Part shown: positions 13,158 through 26,300 of the stretch, one piece after another
Layout of the letters: every line of letters starts with the position of its first letter
Numbering within the stretch: the stretch's first letter is position 1
Assembly (NCBI GenBank): GCA_043228905.1
Contig: JBHGNT010000002.1
Span: forward strand, 16,616,001 to 16,680,000
Direction: 5' to 3'
Source: Azolla caroliniana
Lineage: Eukaryota > Plantae > Polypodiophyta
Length of the DNA stretch: 64,000 nt
Notes under the pieces: generated by a model
The model's input: the letters and a program-made list of their open reading frames with translations, nothing else
Told to the model about the DNA's origin: nothing
The model's database searches: none
Translations under genes and position numbers: made by a program

Positions 13158-13441
13158 CAAAAGGATTTTGTCAGGGCCATTTTCCAGTATTCATTATGTT
13201 CGTGAGCTTGTCCATAATACTCCACGATGAAGATTGAAAGGATAGTCACAATAAATAATGCTATAATGATTGTCCAAAGTTGCCATGAGAAGGGGGTCAA
13301 AAATATCCAAAATCGAACTTCACTCCTAGATTGAAGTGGCACGATCATCTGAAGGCTTGATTGTATATATGGTTGGGTAAAGTCCACTAACCTTAACCGG
13401 TCACTAGTCATCGTCAAATCGGCAACTACCCCGTCTACCTC
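13158..13441 (-). CDS. GLR: Glutamate receptor-like protein, exon 2 (end of S1 and M1)
   Basis: EVDGVVADLTMTSDRLRLVDFTQPYIQSSL...WIFLTPFSWQLW...FW; acceptor CATAG at the 5' side and TG|GTAAGT donor, matching typical plant GLR intron positions. Confidence 0.9.
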
Positions 13442-14167
13442 CTATGACCATGCATGCAACATACGTCATGTGAAAACCAGTGGAAACATAGTAGTAGAGC
13501 ACATTATTAACCAAAATCTTATTAATCCAAGATGTATGCTATATAAATATCGTTATCAACTAGTGGAAATAATCAGTCACATTATTCATGAGATGCATAC
13601 CTTCGAGATTTACTTCAACCATATATAACAACGTTGCTAAGGTAAGTCATGTTGCTAGAATATTCATCACAGTTATTATGATCCGTAAATGTTTCCCTCA
13701 TGCGCCATGCACTTGCACTTGTTTGCACATGTATTTGTTTGTATAGAAATTTCATTTTTGTCACTAGATTCATTTCAATTTTGCATATTTCGAAATGACT
13801 CACTTTTAAACGATACCCTTCTAGAGTTGCAACAAGTTTAATATACATCATATTTGTCACATGATATAGGATAGAATAACATTGCCATTGTACCTATATG
13901 TGCTGGCTTATGACTGAATATCATATATGTGGTTGAGATTAGTCACTTATGATTATAGGTTGTGAATATGATATCAAATCATGGAAAAAAACTTATTAAG
14001 TATCTCATTATTATCAAAGAAACAAGTCTCTCATATTTAACTTATTGTTGCTAGGGGGTAGATCTTCCAAGGTTTACCAAAACTGCTCTCTCAAGTAAAG
14101 AAACATTTGGAAGCTAATCTTTATACTCAATAAATAAGGTACATTTAATCTTGACTTTTATTAACTA

Positions 14168-14284
14168 AAAAAACCTTGCCAAACACTTTGATCATCTTGA
14201 ATTCAATTTCGAAAAACAATTTCTAGCAATTATAAAGGTCACCTCGTAGAACCATGATGATTGAAGTGTTTGGCAAGGTTTTTT
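14168..14284. repeat. 29-bp inverted repeat (MITE-like or hairpin) in GLR intron 1
   Basis: AAAAAACCTTGCCAAACACTTTGATCATC ... GATGATTGAAGTGTTTGGCAAGGTTTTTT, 27/29 complementary. Confidence 0.75.
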
Positions 14285-15159
14285 GAATAGTATGTCATCC
14301 AATGTCACAAAAGTTTTAGTGATCATAAATTTACTTTTTAAGCCCTCATATGTTTGAAGTTCAAACTCTTGCCCAATCGGTCAATCTCTCATTTGTAGAT
14401 GGAATTATAGATAAGAATGAAAGATGAAAGATGTAGAGATTTCATTTTGTGATTGAAATATTTTGTCATAAAAACATTACTATGAATATATTGATGAGTG
14501 AGGATCCATTGTGAGGGAATAATTGGTATATTATACCTTTGAAGTATTCAAATATCTCGATAAATAAACTCAACTTGATTCTTCATCTCATCGTCAAGAA
14601 GACATGCCAGCATGATCAAGTATTGTTGCCAAGGAAAGCTAAGAATATAGCTCTTAAACAATAGAAGATACTACGAAGACTGGGATATGCAAATGATTAT
14701 GTCAAGTAATACAAAAATTGGTTCTGTATTAAGTCGGTTAACCTGAATTAGTACAATACTAACAATAAATATGTTAAACAGAACATTGATTCTCTCACAT
14801 CCTATGGTCATTAACCTAAATATAAAACATCTATTAGTATTGAAAAGGGATCAAACAACTTTTGTACTGAGTAACATTTGTTAGTGCTTATGCCCAACCC
14901 TAAAGTGGATTCCATGGTAAGGGTATGATACTTTGAGCAATATTAATTTGTTGCATATAGTCCAAAGTATTTCATGGATGTACACATTTGTTTCTTCCCC
15001 TCTAGCAAATGTATATCATATTTGATCATATCATATCATAGATGTAAACACACGATCTAGTTTTATGTATCGTAAATGATTAACCTTAAATGGCTTATTT
15101 ATATGATAATTAAAATCCATTACTACAACATAAATAATCATATATATGGAATGTAATAC

Positions 15160-15477
15160 CTTAGAGACAAGCCTTTGCACGAGGTCATTGTAGGCTGGGT
15201 CTACAAGGCCATCGCCATAGCCAATCAGTGTGTAACTAATAGGGTAATTAAGCTTCTCAATGCATTTTTGAAACACTTCGATGGCAAAGCCGGAGAAATT
15301 GATGACAGAGCTAGATGTGATTGGTATGTCTGGCGATTTCCAACTCACAAACTCTTCAAAGCCAAGTTTGAGAGGGACAAGGATCTTCAAGTTGGTGGAA
15401 TTGGTGGAGGTGTGTGCGGTCGGCAAACTAGGTGACAAGATGGCGAGGACTGCGATGATGAGCATCGAAGCATGCAT
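15160..15477 (-). CDS. GLR: Glutamate receptor-like protein, exon 1 (signal peptide plus start of S1 ligand-binding lobe)
   Basis: MHASMLIIAVLAILSPSLPTA...LKILVPLKLGFEEFV...SGFAIEVF...YNDLVQRLVSK|GTATTA; phase-0 join to exon 2. The ORF-track start at 15504 is TTG; the first ATG is at 15477. Remaining exons were not found in the window. Confidence 0.85.
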
Positions 15478-15586
15478 GATGGGATGTTGCCCAATGGTGG
15501 CCAAGTGTGAAGACGAGGACGGCCAATAAACAAGAGAGAGATGGAGAAGGTTTTACGAATGTGTATAGAAACAAGTGATGGCCAAT

Positions 15587-15588
<2 letters not shown>

Positions 15589-15629
<41 letters not shown>
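15589..15629. repeat. (GA)n microsatellite, (CT)n in GLR 5' UTR/promoter orientation
   Basis: Directly visible; a second tract lies at 16033-16056. Confidence 0.9.
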
Positions 15630-15633
<4 letters not shown>

Positions 15634-18182
15634 GTGAGTGAGGATCACGGCTAAGATTGGACCTGTGAAGAGAGCGGATCATGAGCAGAGAATCGTGCAG
15701 CCTCATTTGGACATGGCCCCATTTGGACAGAAGTTTATTTGACCCTTTCAGGAAGATTGCGACGGAGATTTGAACCTTCAAATGTGCACGCTAAGAAGGT
15801 AGGCACAGTAAATCGACGACACGCTTTTCAATCAATCTTTTGAGCATCATTGGATTCACAGCCCAAAACTGTGGATTTCGTCTGCGAGAGAAGATCACCA
15901 ATAATACAGTAAATAAAAAAATTGAATGCTTCTTTAATGGTAAACATTCTATAACAGAATATGCATGGAATCATACACGAGCAAAGGGTGGCCAAGTGTG
16001 AACACGAGAGGATAGAATCGGTTGGGCAACGTAGAGAGAGAGAGAGAGAGAGAGAGTCAACGGCAGAGATTAGACCCCCAAACAGAGGCTCCAAAGTCAA
16101 ACATACTGAAAATGAAGTCAAATCGCCAAAGTCAAAGCCTCCAAACGGGACGTTAACAAATTTGCAGGGACACATTACATTATTCCAAACTCTAGAATTT
16201 GGACCATGCAGCATGATATTCGTATGTATCTCCTATCTACGTACATTTGTGATGGTATACGTCAAGCTAAAAATGTCTCATGTTCACTTTCAGAAAAGTG
16301 GTATATAATATATTCAAATATTCTCGGATGCTTTTTTCATAACAGTACTCCTATTACTTTTATTATGCCATGGTCAAGACATAAAATCTAGGATATTGAA
16401 CTCTTACATGCATTATGCTCACCACATGTGGTTATGATAAGTCCATTTATATATCATTGAATGATTTCATAATCATTGATTTCATATTTAAGTAGTAAGA
16501 AATTAATTAAGGTTTTGAACTGAATTAATAAATTTGTTTAACTGAATTGGGCAGGAATGTACAAATTCTATGTATGATGCATAAAGAGAATATTTTGCAA
16601 TTCTTCCTTCATAGATAATCTCTTGTTTGATCTTGTCTTATATTCTTTATTTGTAATATAGATCACATATACCACAATATCTCGTCTTCTTTGTTGAGCA
16701 CAATTGTTTTTGTTTCAAGCATAGTTCAAGAGCATTTTGTAAAGTTATATGTACACAACCACCACTAGATACAAATATCACATTAAAATATTTCACCACT
16801 GCACCATAACTTCCAAAATATGCATTATATTAATATACTCTACGAAAACCAAAGTAGCAGCCTCAATAACATATTTTGATTTGAGTCATTTTGGAAGGGT
16901 TTGTTTGACTTTGTATGTTTTGAGGATATCACCTATCATTTTTGGCATATTTGTATAGCCTCTGTTTTTGGCATTATCACGGTTGAAACATTAGCAGTTG
17001 AATGGCATCTTTTATTCAAATACTATTTTATTTTCCCCAATTGTAGGTTTGAAACACTTTTCTCCTTAATACAATGTTACATAGGGGTTCATATGATAAA
17101 TTTTATGGCTATCACAAATCAACAGTTTGGAGGAGAACTCAATGATGTTATTTTATTGTCTATTTAAATTTTCTAGAAACAATATTTGTAGCACAATACA
17201 TTGATCTTAGGCATATTAGAAGTGACTTTTTCAACATCTCTTTATTGACACTTTCAAACTTAGTTTGGTATGCATAGGCACATTGTTGATAATATATTAA
17301 ATTGTGTTTGTTAGATTCACTTTTGTATCCCCCATTTGTATAAGCTCTCACCTAAACATTTATACCCATTTGGTATGCTTTTGATTCTCAATGATTAATA
17401 ATTATTGTAGATTTATCATACATTTTCTATAAATTCTCGGACATACACATCTATTTCTTGTCTCAACACGTTCGCGTTCACAAGTGGAAGGATCACGGAA
17501 AAACGGAAGGATAAGGAATATTCCTTTTGATTTTGGGGTTTACATACCCATTTCACAAAACACAATGATACCAGTATCACACCTTCTCAAAAAACAGTTG
17601 GAAAGCCATAAAATTTAGGCTCTGATCCTAAAGTTACAATGTGTATTTTTTTAATAAACAATCTTCATACAAAGTGACAGATTTCAAAACATAACCTTTA
17701 TGTCATTTGAGTATTACAAACAGAATTTGATTACAATTTGATACCAAAATTACATTCACGAGTTTAGGGTTTACATAAATCAGTCCTTTCATGACCTAGA
17801 ATCACTACTATAACTAATATACAAGGTTGATTCTTTGTCGTCATCTTCAAATGTACCTATTAAAGCATTGTCTTCATTTGAAACAAGATGGTCTAATTCT
17901 AAATTTCGTGTTGAAGATCTTGTTGAATCGGTAATTTCTCCTTTATTATGTCTATTGTTGACTTCCCTAATGTCCAACTTTTGTTAGCGTAAAGTCATAA
18001 ACAATAATATCCACCGAGTCACTAATGTCAAGGGATGATGTGATACAAATGTTTCTTTTTCTCTTTCTATTTCCTCTTGACCTTGGACATTCCATCATCT
18101 CTAACGCAGTATTGATGGGTGGGGGGTAGAGCCAAGAACGGCTCCACCCCCCTACCAAGGGGTTTGTGTGTTATCCGTAGGA

Positions 18183-20230
18183 TTATAAGTATATATCGAG
18201 GGAGTGAGTCAATTCATTGCCATTGATGTGATCGTCTTCATACTCCAGCATTTTCGCCTTCCCTTTGTCCAGCTTCGGACTCGGCCAAGATGCGCTTTGA
18301 TCATTCAGAGGTTCCTGTGGCCCACTTATTCGGGTCGTGATTGGACTTTCATCGAACATGCGCATAAGTCGATCTTTGGCTTCTGCCTCTATTTCGGTGT
18401 ATTCCAGGTCGAGCGGAGTCGGAGTCAAAGTTGTCTCTGGTGAGTACCAGGATGCGGAATCATCGAAAAAGACATCTTGACTTGTTCAAACTTTTCGGGT
18501 CGATGGATTGTAGCATTTGTACCCCTTCTAATCGAGCGAGTACCCGACGAGGATACATTTCTCCGACTTTGGGTCGAGCTTTTGTCGCATATCATTGGGA
18601 ATATGCACATAAGTGATTGAGTGGAAAATACGAACATGTGATAGGTCTGGTTTCCTACCAAGAAACTTCTCATGGGGGGTTGTGTCGTGTACTCCTGAGG
18701 TTGTGCACCTGTTCATGAGGTATACGACTGTGTTCGCCGCTTCTGTCCAGTATGATTTCAGCAGGTTCTTCTCGTTCCTCATTGCCCGTGCAACCTCTAC
18801 TATGTGCTGATTCTTCCGCTCGGCCACACCGTTTTGCTGAGGTGTGTGACAGCATGAAAATTCTCGTCGGATTCCTTCCTTTCGGAGATACACCGTAAAC
18901 ACAACGCACGTGCGGACCCGTAGTTTTTTCGACTTCGGCTTTGAATCTTTGGAAGTGTATGAACACTTTTCTCTTCTGTCTCATTGGGTAGATCCAGGTG
19001 TGCCTAGAGAAGTTGTCGATGACTGTGACGTAATATCGGCATCCGCTGAGTGTGGTTGTCTGGGCCAGTCCCCATACATCTGATTGTACGACATCTAGGA
19101 TCCCTTTTCTCACATTCCGCTCTTTTGGGAATGGATGTCGGCGTTGCTTTCCGAAATGGCATGCTTCACACACACCCGTAATCTCCTTCGCGGTAAAGTT
19201 CGAGAGTCCAATTACAACTCCTTTCAATTGCATGTTCTGAAGTTTCTAGAGATTGATGTGACCAATTCTCTTGGGCCACAAGTTTAGGTCGGTTCGATTT
19301 TGAGGCCCTTCGCAAACATGGCCGATTTGACCTCCTTCGATTTGAGGACAAACATACGGCCTTCACGACGACCTTGAGCTCTGACTCGATCGCCTCTTTC
19401 GATAAAGCACCCATCATTGTTGAATCGTACTTGCATTTCTTGTTCAACAATCAGGCCGGCGGAGACCAGGTTTTTCGTGATGGTAGGAACATGCAATACG
19501 TTCTTGAGGTAGGTTTGTTTGCCGTCGTTTCCAAATGGGATGTTCCCGATATGTTGTATTGGATGAGTCGTGTCATCGTCAGTCTCAACATATCCGTGAT
19601 GTTCGGGTTTTCGTAATTCCCGAAACCAATCTTCATGAGACGTCTTGTGGTTGGATGCTCCCGAGTCAACAAACCATACATCTCTGAGGGCGTGGTGCTT
19701 GTTTCACCTTGAGTCACCATTGAGTGCGCTTTGTGCCTCATCATGAACATTCTACTACGATGGTCGTATTTGGAATTCAATGTGTAATTCGTGAACATTC
19801 CGCTACGATTGTCATAGTCGGAATTGGATGCGTAATTCGTGAACATTCCACTGCAATTGTCGTTACTAGTCGGAATTCGATGCGTAGTTCGTGAGCTGTC
19901 GGTTGGTTGAAACTGACTCTCGCGTCTTCTTTCGGCACTCCTCTTCGTAGTGACCGAGTTATCCGTAGTATCCACATTTGATTGGGTTATCACGATTGCT
20001 TGGTCTGGCGTGATAACCCCTCCTTCTACCGAACTCTCTAGGATTGTTCCTGTCTGCTTGCCATTGGTGGGAGTTATGCTCTTGGGTTTGCTGACATCGA
20101 CGGTCTTGTCCAAATCGACCTCTATTCCCACGGCTGAAATTTCTTCTATCATCCGACTGGGAGTAGAGCATCTGGTGCATTGCTCCTTTGTCAGGCGTGA
20201 TTTTCCTCAACAAGCAATATTGGCTGAAGA
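18183..20230 (-). mobile_element. Copia-A-related internal fragment (gag knuckle, PR, GAG-pre-integrase, IN)
   Basis: CEACHFGKQ, DVVQSDVWG, TPQQNGVAERKN; includes 3 x ~48-bp tandem duplication at ~19745-19893. Confidence 0.85.
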
Positions 20231-22206
20231 TCCAATTATGTCACAATGTTGCGAATTTCCTACTCGAACTGAGTCGGAATGTTGGGCCGTGTATTGCCGG
20301 AATTGGCATCGATGAGGAGTCACATGAAAGGGCGTACCCGAATCTAAGAGCCATGTGCTTGATTCTTGAGCCGTAAGCAGAACTTTTGATTCGACTCGTT
20401 TCTCAATTGCTAACATGTTCGAGTCGTTTGCTAATACTTCGGTTGTAGAAGAGATGTAGTTGATCTCCTCGTGTTGGCCACTCTTTTGATCGGCTCGCTG
20501 AGCCTTATCATTTTTGGCCTTGAGTGCACAACAATCGGCTTTGATGTGTTAGGGTTTCTTGCAGTAATTGCAGACTCGATTATCCCGAGGCTTGCTCCGG
20601 CTTCGCTATTTGTTCGGCTGCCGTGAAGAACCTCTTCCACGGTTGTTCGATCAGTCGACCAAACCTTGTACTACGTAAGTGTCATTGGCTAAATCATTTG
20701 CAAATGATTTTCTCCGAGCTGCTTCAGTGAGAATTGCACTCGTGACTGAGGAGTACTTGACGGCAATTGTCGACGCATTGCACACGGTTGTAACGAAAGT
20801 TTCCCATGAAGGAGGGAGACTACTCTTAAGCAGCATTGCTTTTAATTCATCCTCAATAGTCGTCCCCTGGGCCGCAATTTGGGAGCTTAAGTTTTCGTAC
20901 TCTTCCAGGTCTGCCTGGACTTAGTCGGACTCTTTCATCCGAAGGTTGTAAAGGTGATGAATGAGGTAATATCTTGGTGACATCGACCTTCTTTTCGTAA
21001 GTGTTTGAAAGTGTCTTCCATAGTTGGAAGGCAATCGAACATGATTGCACCCTGAAGTACATAGACTCCGATAGGTGCATCCGAATGGTGGCTCAGATGA
21101 TTCTATTGAGCTTTTCCTATTCAAGCGTCTTGTATCCTTCTAGAGGGTCTTCATTCTCAATGGGGTCAATATTCCCCTTGACTATTAAATATTCTTGCAT
21201 CTGCTCCTTCCAGAAGTTGAAGTTCGAACCGTCAAACTTCCTTAGACTCATCTGTGACGAGCTGGATGTTGATGCCATCTATGTTCGTTTAATAGACTTT
21301 GTTCAGAGTCAGCTACGAACTGTGGTGGAGTGTAGTAGCCAAGCTCACTCGATGTTGTTCTGGCTGGAGTTGGAGAAGTCGTGTCGGTTTCGAATATAGA
21401 TGAATCCTGTTCGGAGTGACTACACTCAACTTACTTAGTTGAATTGAACCCAAATTTGATTGTTCGATTTCGAATGTTGATTTTCTGAGATTTCCCAACA
21501 TGGATTATGTGTGATTCTCCAGGCCAATCCTGTTTCGGGTAACTGCAACAATGACAGGGACGGAGCCAACTGGTGCTCCTGAATGTCATTCAGCCGAATG
21601 AAACACAGATTGGGGTTGCCCCTAGAGTCGTGTTTCCTTCGAGTGGTTTCCTGAAGGGTCTCAGTCCGAGCGATGACAATCACAGAGTCGAAGTACAACT
21701 GACTGACTTACTTCAAGAGTGATTTCGAACAGTGGAGTGCATACCTTCAATTATCTCTCTTCATCCAATGTGATTTCAAGAGGAGTTGCCAATCGAGATC
21801 TTCAAGGTGTACAGGAGAAGAGTTGTCGATGGAGGTTAGATATATGGTGGCAGCAAAATTAAACAATACCAAGCTCTGATACCAAATGTAGGAGACATCG
21901 TCATCTAATGCGGAACAAAATCAGTACTCTTCTAGAAGAAGATCATAAGTGTGTGCAAGCAAGGTGGATTAATGGCAATCGTAGACAGAAATACAACTAT
22001 TATGCAAGAGAGAGAGAGAGATAGTTAGGCACAATGTCAAGAGTATATTACAACTTGGAACAACCACACTAACTAGGTTACAAAGTCAGTTTATATATTG
22101 ACTGACTTAGGGCAACTGCTCTTCTCACTATTTACATAAATAGCCTAAGCCTAGTGTGTACAAAGGAGGCGGTGTGAATACGTCCATTAGAAGCCCGTAT
22201 TCAACA
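20231..22206 (-). mobile_element. Tnt1/Tork-like copia 5' fragment: LTR (~21887-22206), Met-i PBS (21873-21884), gag and protease
   Basis: TGGTATCAGAGC PBS; KFDGSNFNFWKEQM, SLPPSWETFVTTV, WLLDSGTPFH. Outer LTR boundary is approximate. Confidence 0.8.
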
Positions 22207-22267
22207 TACCTAACTGTCGAGTTTCGAACACCGACCATGTACTCGGTTCGGTGTCTTTCACATGCGT

Positions 22268-23348
22268 TGTCGTGAAGTATGAAAGCTTCACATTAAAAGC
22301 CTACAAAAAGATAAATACATAAATAAAATATATCTTTGATAATGTTTTATAAAGGTAATATTAAAAACACACTATGATAATATTATACATTATATGTAGA
22401 TGCAAATAAAACATATATATTATATTACATGGACAAGAGAGGACTTGAACTAATAACCCCCACCTTATGACTTTGAAACCTTACCATTTACCGTATAATT
22501 GTAGTATGTACAAAACTATATGTTTTGTCTTGTTTTATTTGAAGTAATATTGCATGGTTTAAATAATAAACCATCTATTGTACTACATGTGCACCATATA
22601 ATGTATTACATGGGTGAGAGAAGACTTGAACCAACAACCTCCACATTATGAACCTCAAAGCCTACCATTTAGCCAATACTCATTATATGTATAAAAGAAA
22701 ATGTGTTGTTTTATTGGAAGTAGCATTGTATAGTGTAAACCATGTAATGTACTACATGTGCACCATATAGCACACATGCAAGAGCCCCTCTTTGCATGTG
22801 TGACATATGGCCCACATGCAAAACCATCCCCTTCCTATAAAAGGAGAAGGGAGTATAGTCACAAGGATATTAAAGGAATCGAAATCGAAGAGCTATATTG
22901 TATGATGTATCAATCAAATAAAGTAGAATTATATTACATAAGAGATATCATAAGATAGAAAGAAGAAGATAATAAAAGAAAACAACTAGCTTGGCGGTCG
23001 TGGTGCTCAACTCACAACAAAAGGGCGGAGGTTCGAGTCTTACCCTCATCGAAAGCTAGAAGGGAAGATTGTGATCTACTCTCAAGAATGAGAAGAGCTA
23101 TTATCTTGTGAGACAAAGTTTGAATGATCAACAACGCTCCCAACCAATTTGTAACTCTTTCATCAAATAATTATAAATCTCTTTTATCCCTTCAAATATC
23201 ATTCTATATCCTATCTTGTCTTTATCTTGTTGATTTCTGTTTACTCTATCTCTACTCTTTCGTCCATAATCCCAGTGATTACTTCCTCACTTTCACGTTA
23301 TCTTTTGTCTGCGCAACGTTATGCTTCTGCGCGAGCCACGCCACGATA
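22268..23348 (+). mobile_element. Solo LTR (TGTCGTG...CACGAYA), 4-bp TSD GCGT/GCGC, inserted in a copia-A LTR
   Basis: Removing it plus 4 bp restores a sequence matching the uninterrupted copia-A LTR at ~43845-43870; CCTATAAAAGG near 22834. Confidence 0.75.
22611..22683 (-). pseudogene. tRNA-like (elongator Met-like) cassette within solo LTR; degenerate paralog at ~22430-22500
   Basis: A-box TGGCTAAATGG, TTCATAA loop, B-box GGTTCAAGTC, 3' end CTCTCACCCA; stems are degenerate. Confidence 0.6.
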
Positions 23349-26300
23349 GCGCTTCCGCAAACGTATTCAGATGATATCAGAGCACGAGGGTTGGGACCTC
23401 TCTGCAGCCGATAGAAAAGCAAGCAAACAAGACAGAGATAAGGTTTCTTGCTTTTCGGAAAAGAAAAGATAGGAACATGAATAGAGGAATGGGAAGCTCA
23501 CTTTCAACCGAAAAGCTTGACAGGAGGAACTATGCATCGTGTTCTTACAAGATGCACCAATACCTACTCGAGCATGGTTATTAGAGTTATGTCGAAGGAG
23601 CTAATGATGGAGCACCCGAATTGACACACAGAGATTTCCCGACTTGGAAACAGGTGGCGAGCAGAGTTTTGTAGTGCTTCACATCCTGTGTGAGCGACCA
23701 ACTTTTGAGCTACACTGGGAATGCCAAGACGCTAAAGGATGCTTAGGGAAATCTAAAGAAGATTTTCGTTGCGAGCACCACAGCCAGAAAACTTCAACTT
23801 AGGCAGGAGTTGAGCAATGCCTGACAAAGACCTATGTCGATGGCTGACTACACCTCCAAGATAAAGAAGATATGTGACTCCCTCGCCTCCGTAAATGTGA
23901 ACATCCAGGAGCACGAAATGGTGGAAGTTTGCCTCAGACGGTTGGCGTTGAAGTTTGGAGCATTCCGAATGGCGGTCTACACGAGTGAGAATACACCTTC
24001 ATTTTTCGAGCTACAATCGATGTTGCTCGTAGAAGAAAACCAATTGGTTGTGTCGACGAGTATGCACACCGATAGCAAGATGTTGGACATGGAGGTAGAG
24101 AAGTCCCATGGTCATGGTGGACGAGGCGGGTTGGCACGCAATGGAGGCGGATGACAGGGGCAGAACTTGAGGCATAATCAGTATGCCGACAAGAGTTACG
24201 GACCCTCTCGGGGTAGGGGGAGTCAAGGTGACGCCAGAGGTTGGAAAGAAAAAGCCGCGACAAACTATTGGTATTATGGTCGGAAGGGCCATAGAGAGAA
24301 TGAGTGCTAGAAGAAGTGTGCCGAGGAGACGCAGATAGGCGTCAAAGAACGCACTACATCGAGGGCTCAAGGCGAGCCGAAATGGGTCCATCCTTCGTAA
24401 TGAAGCACAAAGCCAACTCAATGACGGTGAACACCTCAAGGTCGAACGAGGTGTGGTATGTGGATTCGGGAAAATCAAACCACATGACGAATCACAGGGA
24501 GTGGTTCTCGACTCTGAAAAAGCCAGAGGAGTAGGGGGTCATTGAGACTGGCGATGACACCCCTCCACCAATCGAACATATCGGAGATGTCCCTCTGAGC
24601 CATGTCGGCCATAAGAGAATCATGAGAAATGTCTTGCATGTACCGACAATCACCAAGAACTTGGTATCGGTCGGACAATTTGTCAACCAAGGCATGCATG
24701 TTCGATTTACTCATCTCGGGTGCTTCATCAAAGAAGAAGGCAACATAATCACACAAGGGCACTGTGAAGGGAGGATGTTCATCCTCGAGAACAACGGCGT
24801 AGGCACCGATATGTTCGTCAAAGGGCCAAAAGTCGAATTGGATATTGACTTGTGGCACAAGGGGTTCGATCAAGTGAACTTCCTACGTCTTCGAGAAATG
24901 CATACAAAAAATATCATTTTCAGCGTGTTGAAATTTAGTGGCCGAAAGGGCTAGGTCTGTGAAGCTTGCCAATTGGGGAACCACTACCAACTTCCGTTCC
25001 CAAATAAATGAAATCGGAGCTAAAACAAGGTCGATTTAATCCATTCAGATGTGTGGGGACCAACGCAGAACGTGAGTATTAGTGGAAGTCGTTACGTTGT
25101 AACTTTCGTCGATGACCTCACTCGGCATACATGGGCATGCTTGATTGAGAAGAAAAACGAAGTCTTCTCCTGTTTTTCTGAAGGTGAAGAGCCTTATCAA
25201 ACGGGAGACAGGACGAAAAATCAAGTGCCTCAGGACCGATGGCAGAAAAGAGTACTTTTCTGACCAGTTCTCTAGCTATCTGTAGAAGGAGGGAATTCGA
25301 CGCGAATTCTCTTGCAAATACATGCCGCAGCAGAACGGTGTGGCCGAGAGGAAGAATCGAACGATGGAAGAGGCAGCCAGGGCAATCCTCAAGGAGAAGC
25401 ATTTGCCGAAATTTTACTAGGCTGAAGCCGTTAGGACGACAGTATACCTTTAAAATTGAACGATGGAAGAGGCGGCCAGGGCAATGCTCAAGGAGAAGCA
25501 TTTGCCGAAATTTTACTGGGCCGAAGCCGTTAGGATGGCGGTATACCTTCAAAATCAGACTTCTGCAAATGGAGGAGTGTCGCCACACGAGTTGTACTTC
25601 GAAAAAAAAGTTAAATTTTGCACAGTTGAAGGTTTTTGGTAGCATTGCATAAGTGCATGTGCCGAAGGAGAAGCAATGGAAGCTAGACGTGCAAGCGGAG
25701 AAGTGCATTCTCGTCGGCTACTCGGATGAACAAAAGGGTTATAAGTGTTATAACCCCCGATCGAAAGAGGTCCAAGTAAGCCAATATGTCATTTTTGACG
25801 AGTCGGCTTCGTGGTACTTGCCTCAATCTCCAACTCCCGTCCACTCCATTCAGAATTCTAAGTATGAGGCTAGTGAGGACGAGTTGCCCCTGAATGAGGA
25901 GGCAATTGGAGCTCTAGAGGAGAGCCCAATTTCATTTTGGCGAAGCTGGAAAAATGAACGACTGAGTTGGGAGGACTAGTCAGAAGATGAGCCGGTGAGT
26001 AGTGGAGACTCGGCTATGCAATCCCTGCACCAGAAACTGAGGAGACGGTTTACACGCAAGCAGAAGGGGAAGATGAAGATGCCAAAGTATGGCACAAAGG
26101 CCGAAATATAGGATCGAAGCGAATCAGACACGGCCAAAACCAAAGAGGGACCTCCGAGAATGAGGTCGAAATTGGTCGAGAGGGCCACGAAATCGGGGAA
26201 CCAAGGATTGGGCCGATCCACTCCCCAAAAGACTCTCGTAATTCGGTATGGTACAATGAGTATATGGTCCATCATTATTCGTATATGGCGAAGAAAGCCA

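Noticed and set aside
15961-16056. Second GLR start (GGTGGCCAAGTGTGAA duplicate)
   Set aside because: Short local duplication with no GLR coding sequence following.
17470-18108. C-terminal remnant of a DNA transposon gene
   Set aside because: Only short basic/acidic ORF pieces with no diagnostic motif or TIR.
22611-22683. Functional tRNA gene
   Set aside because: Acceptor and anticodon stems are degenerate; kept as a tRNA-like cassette only.
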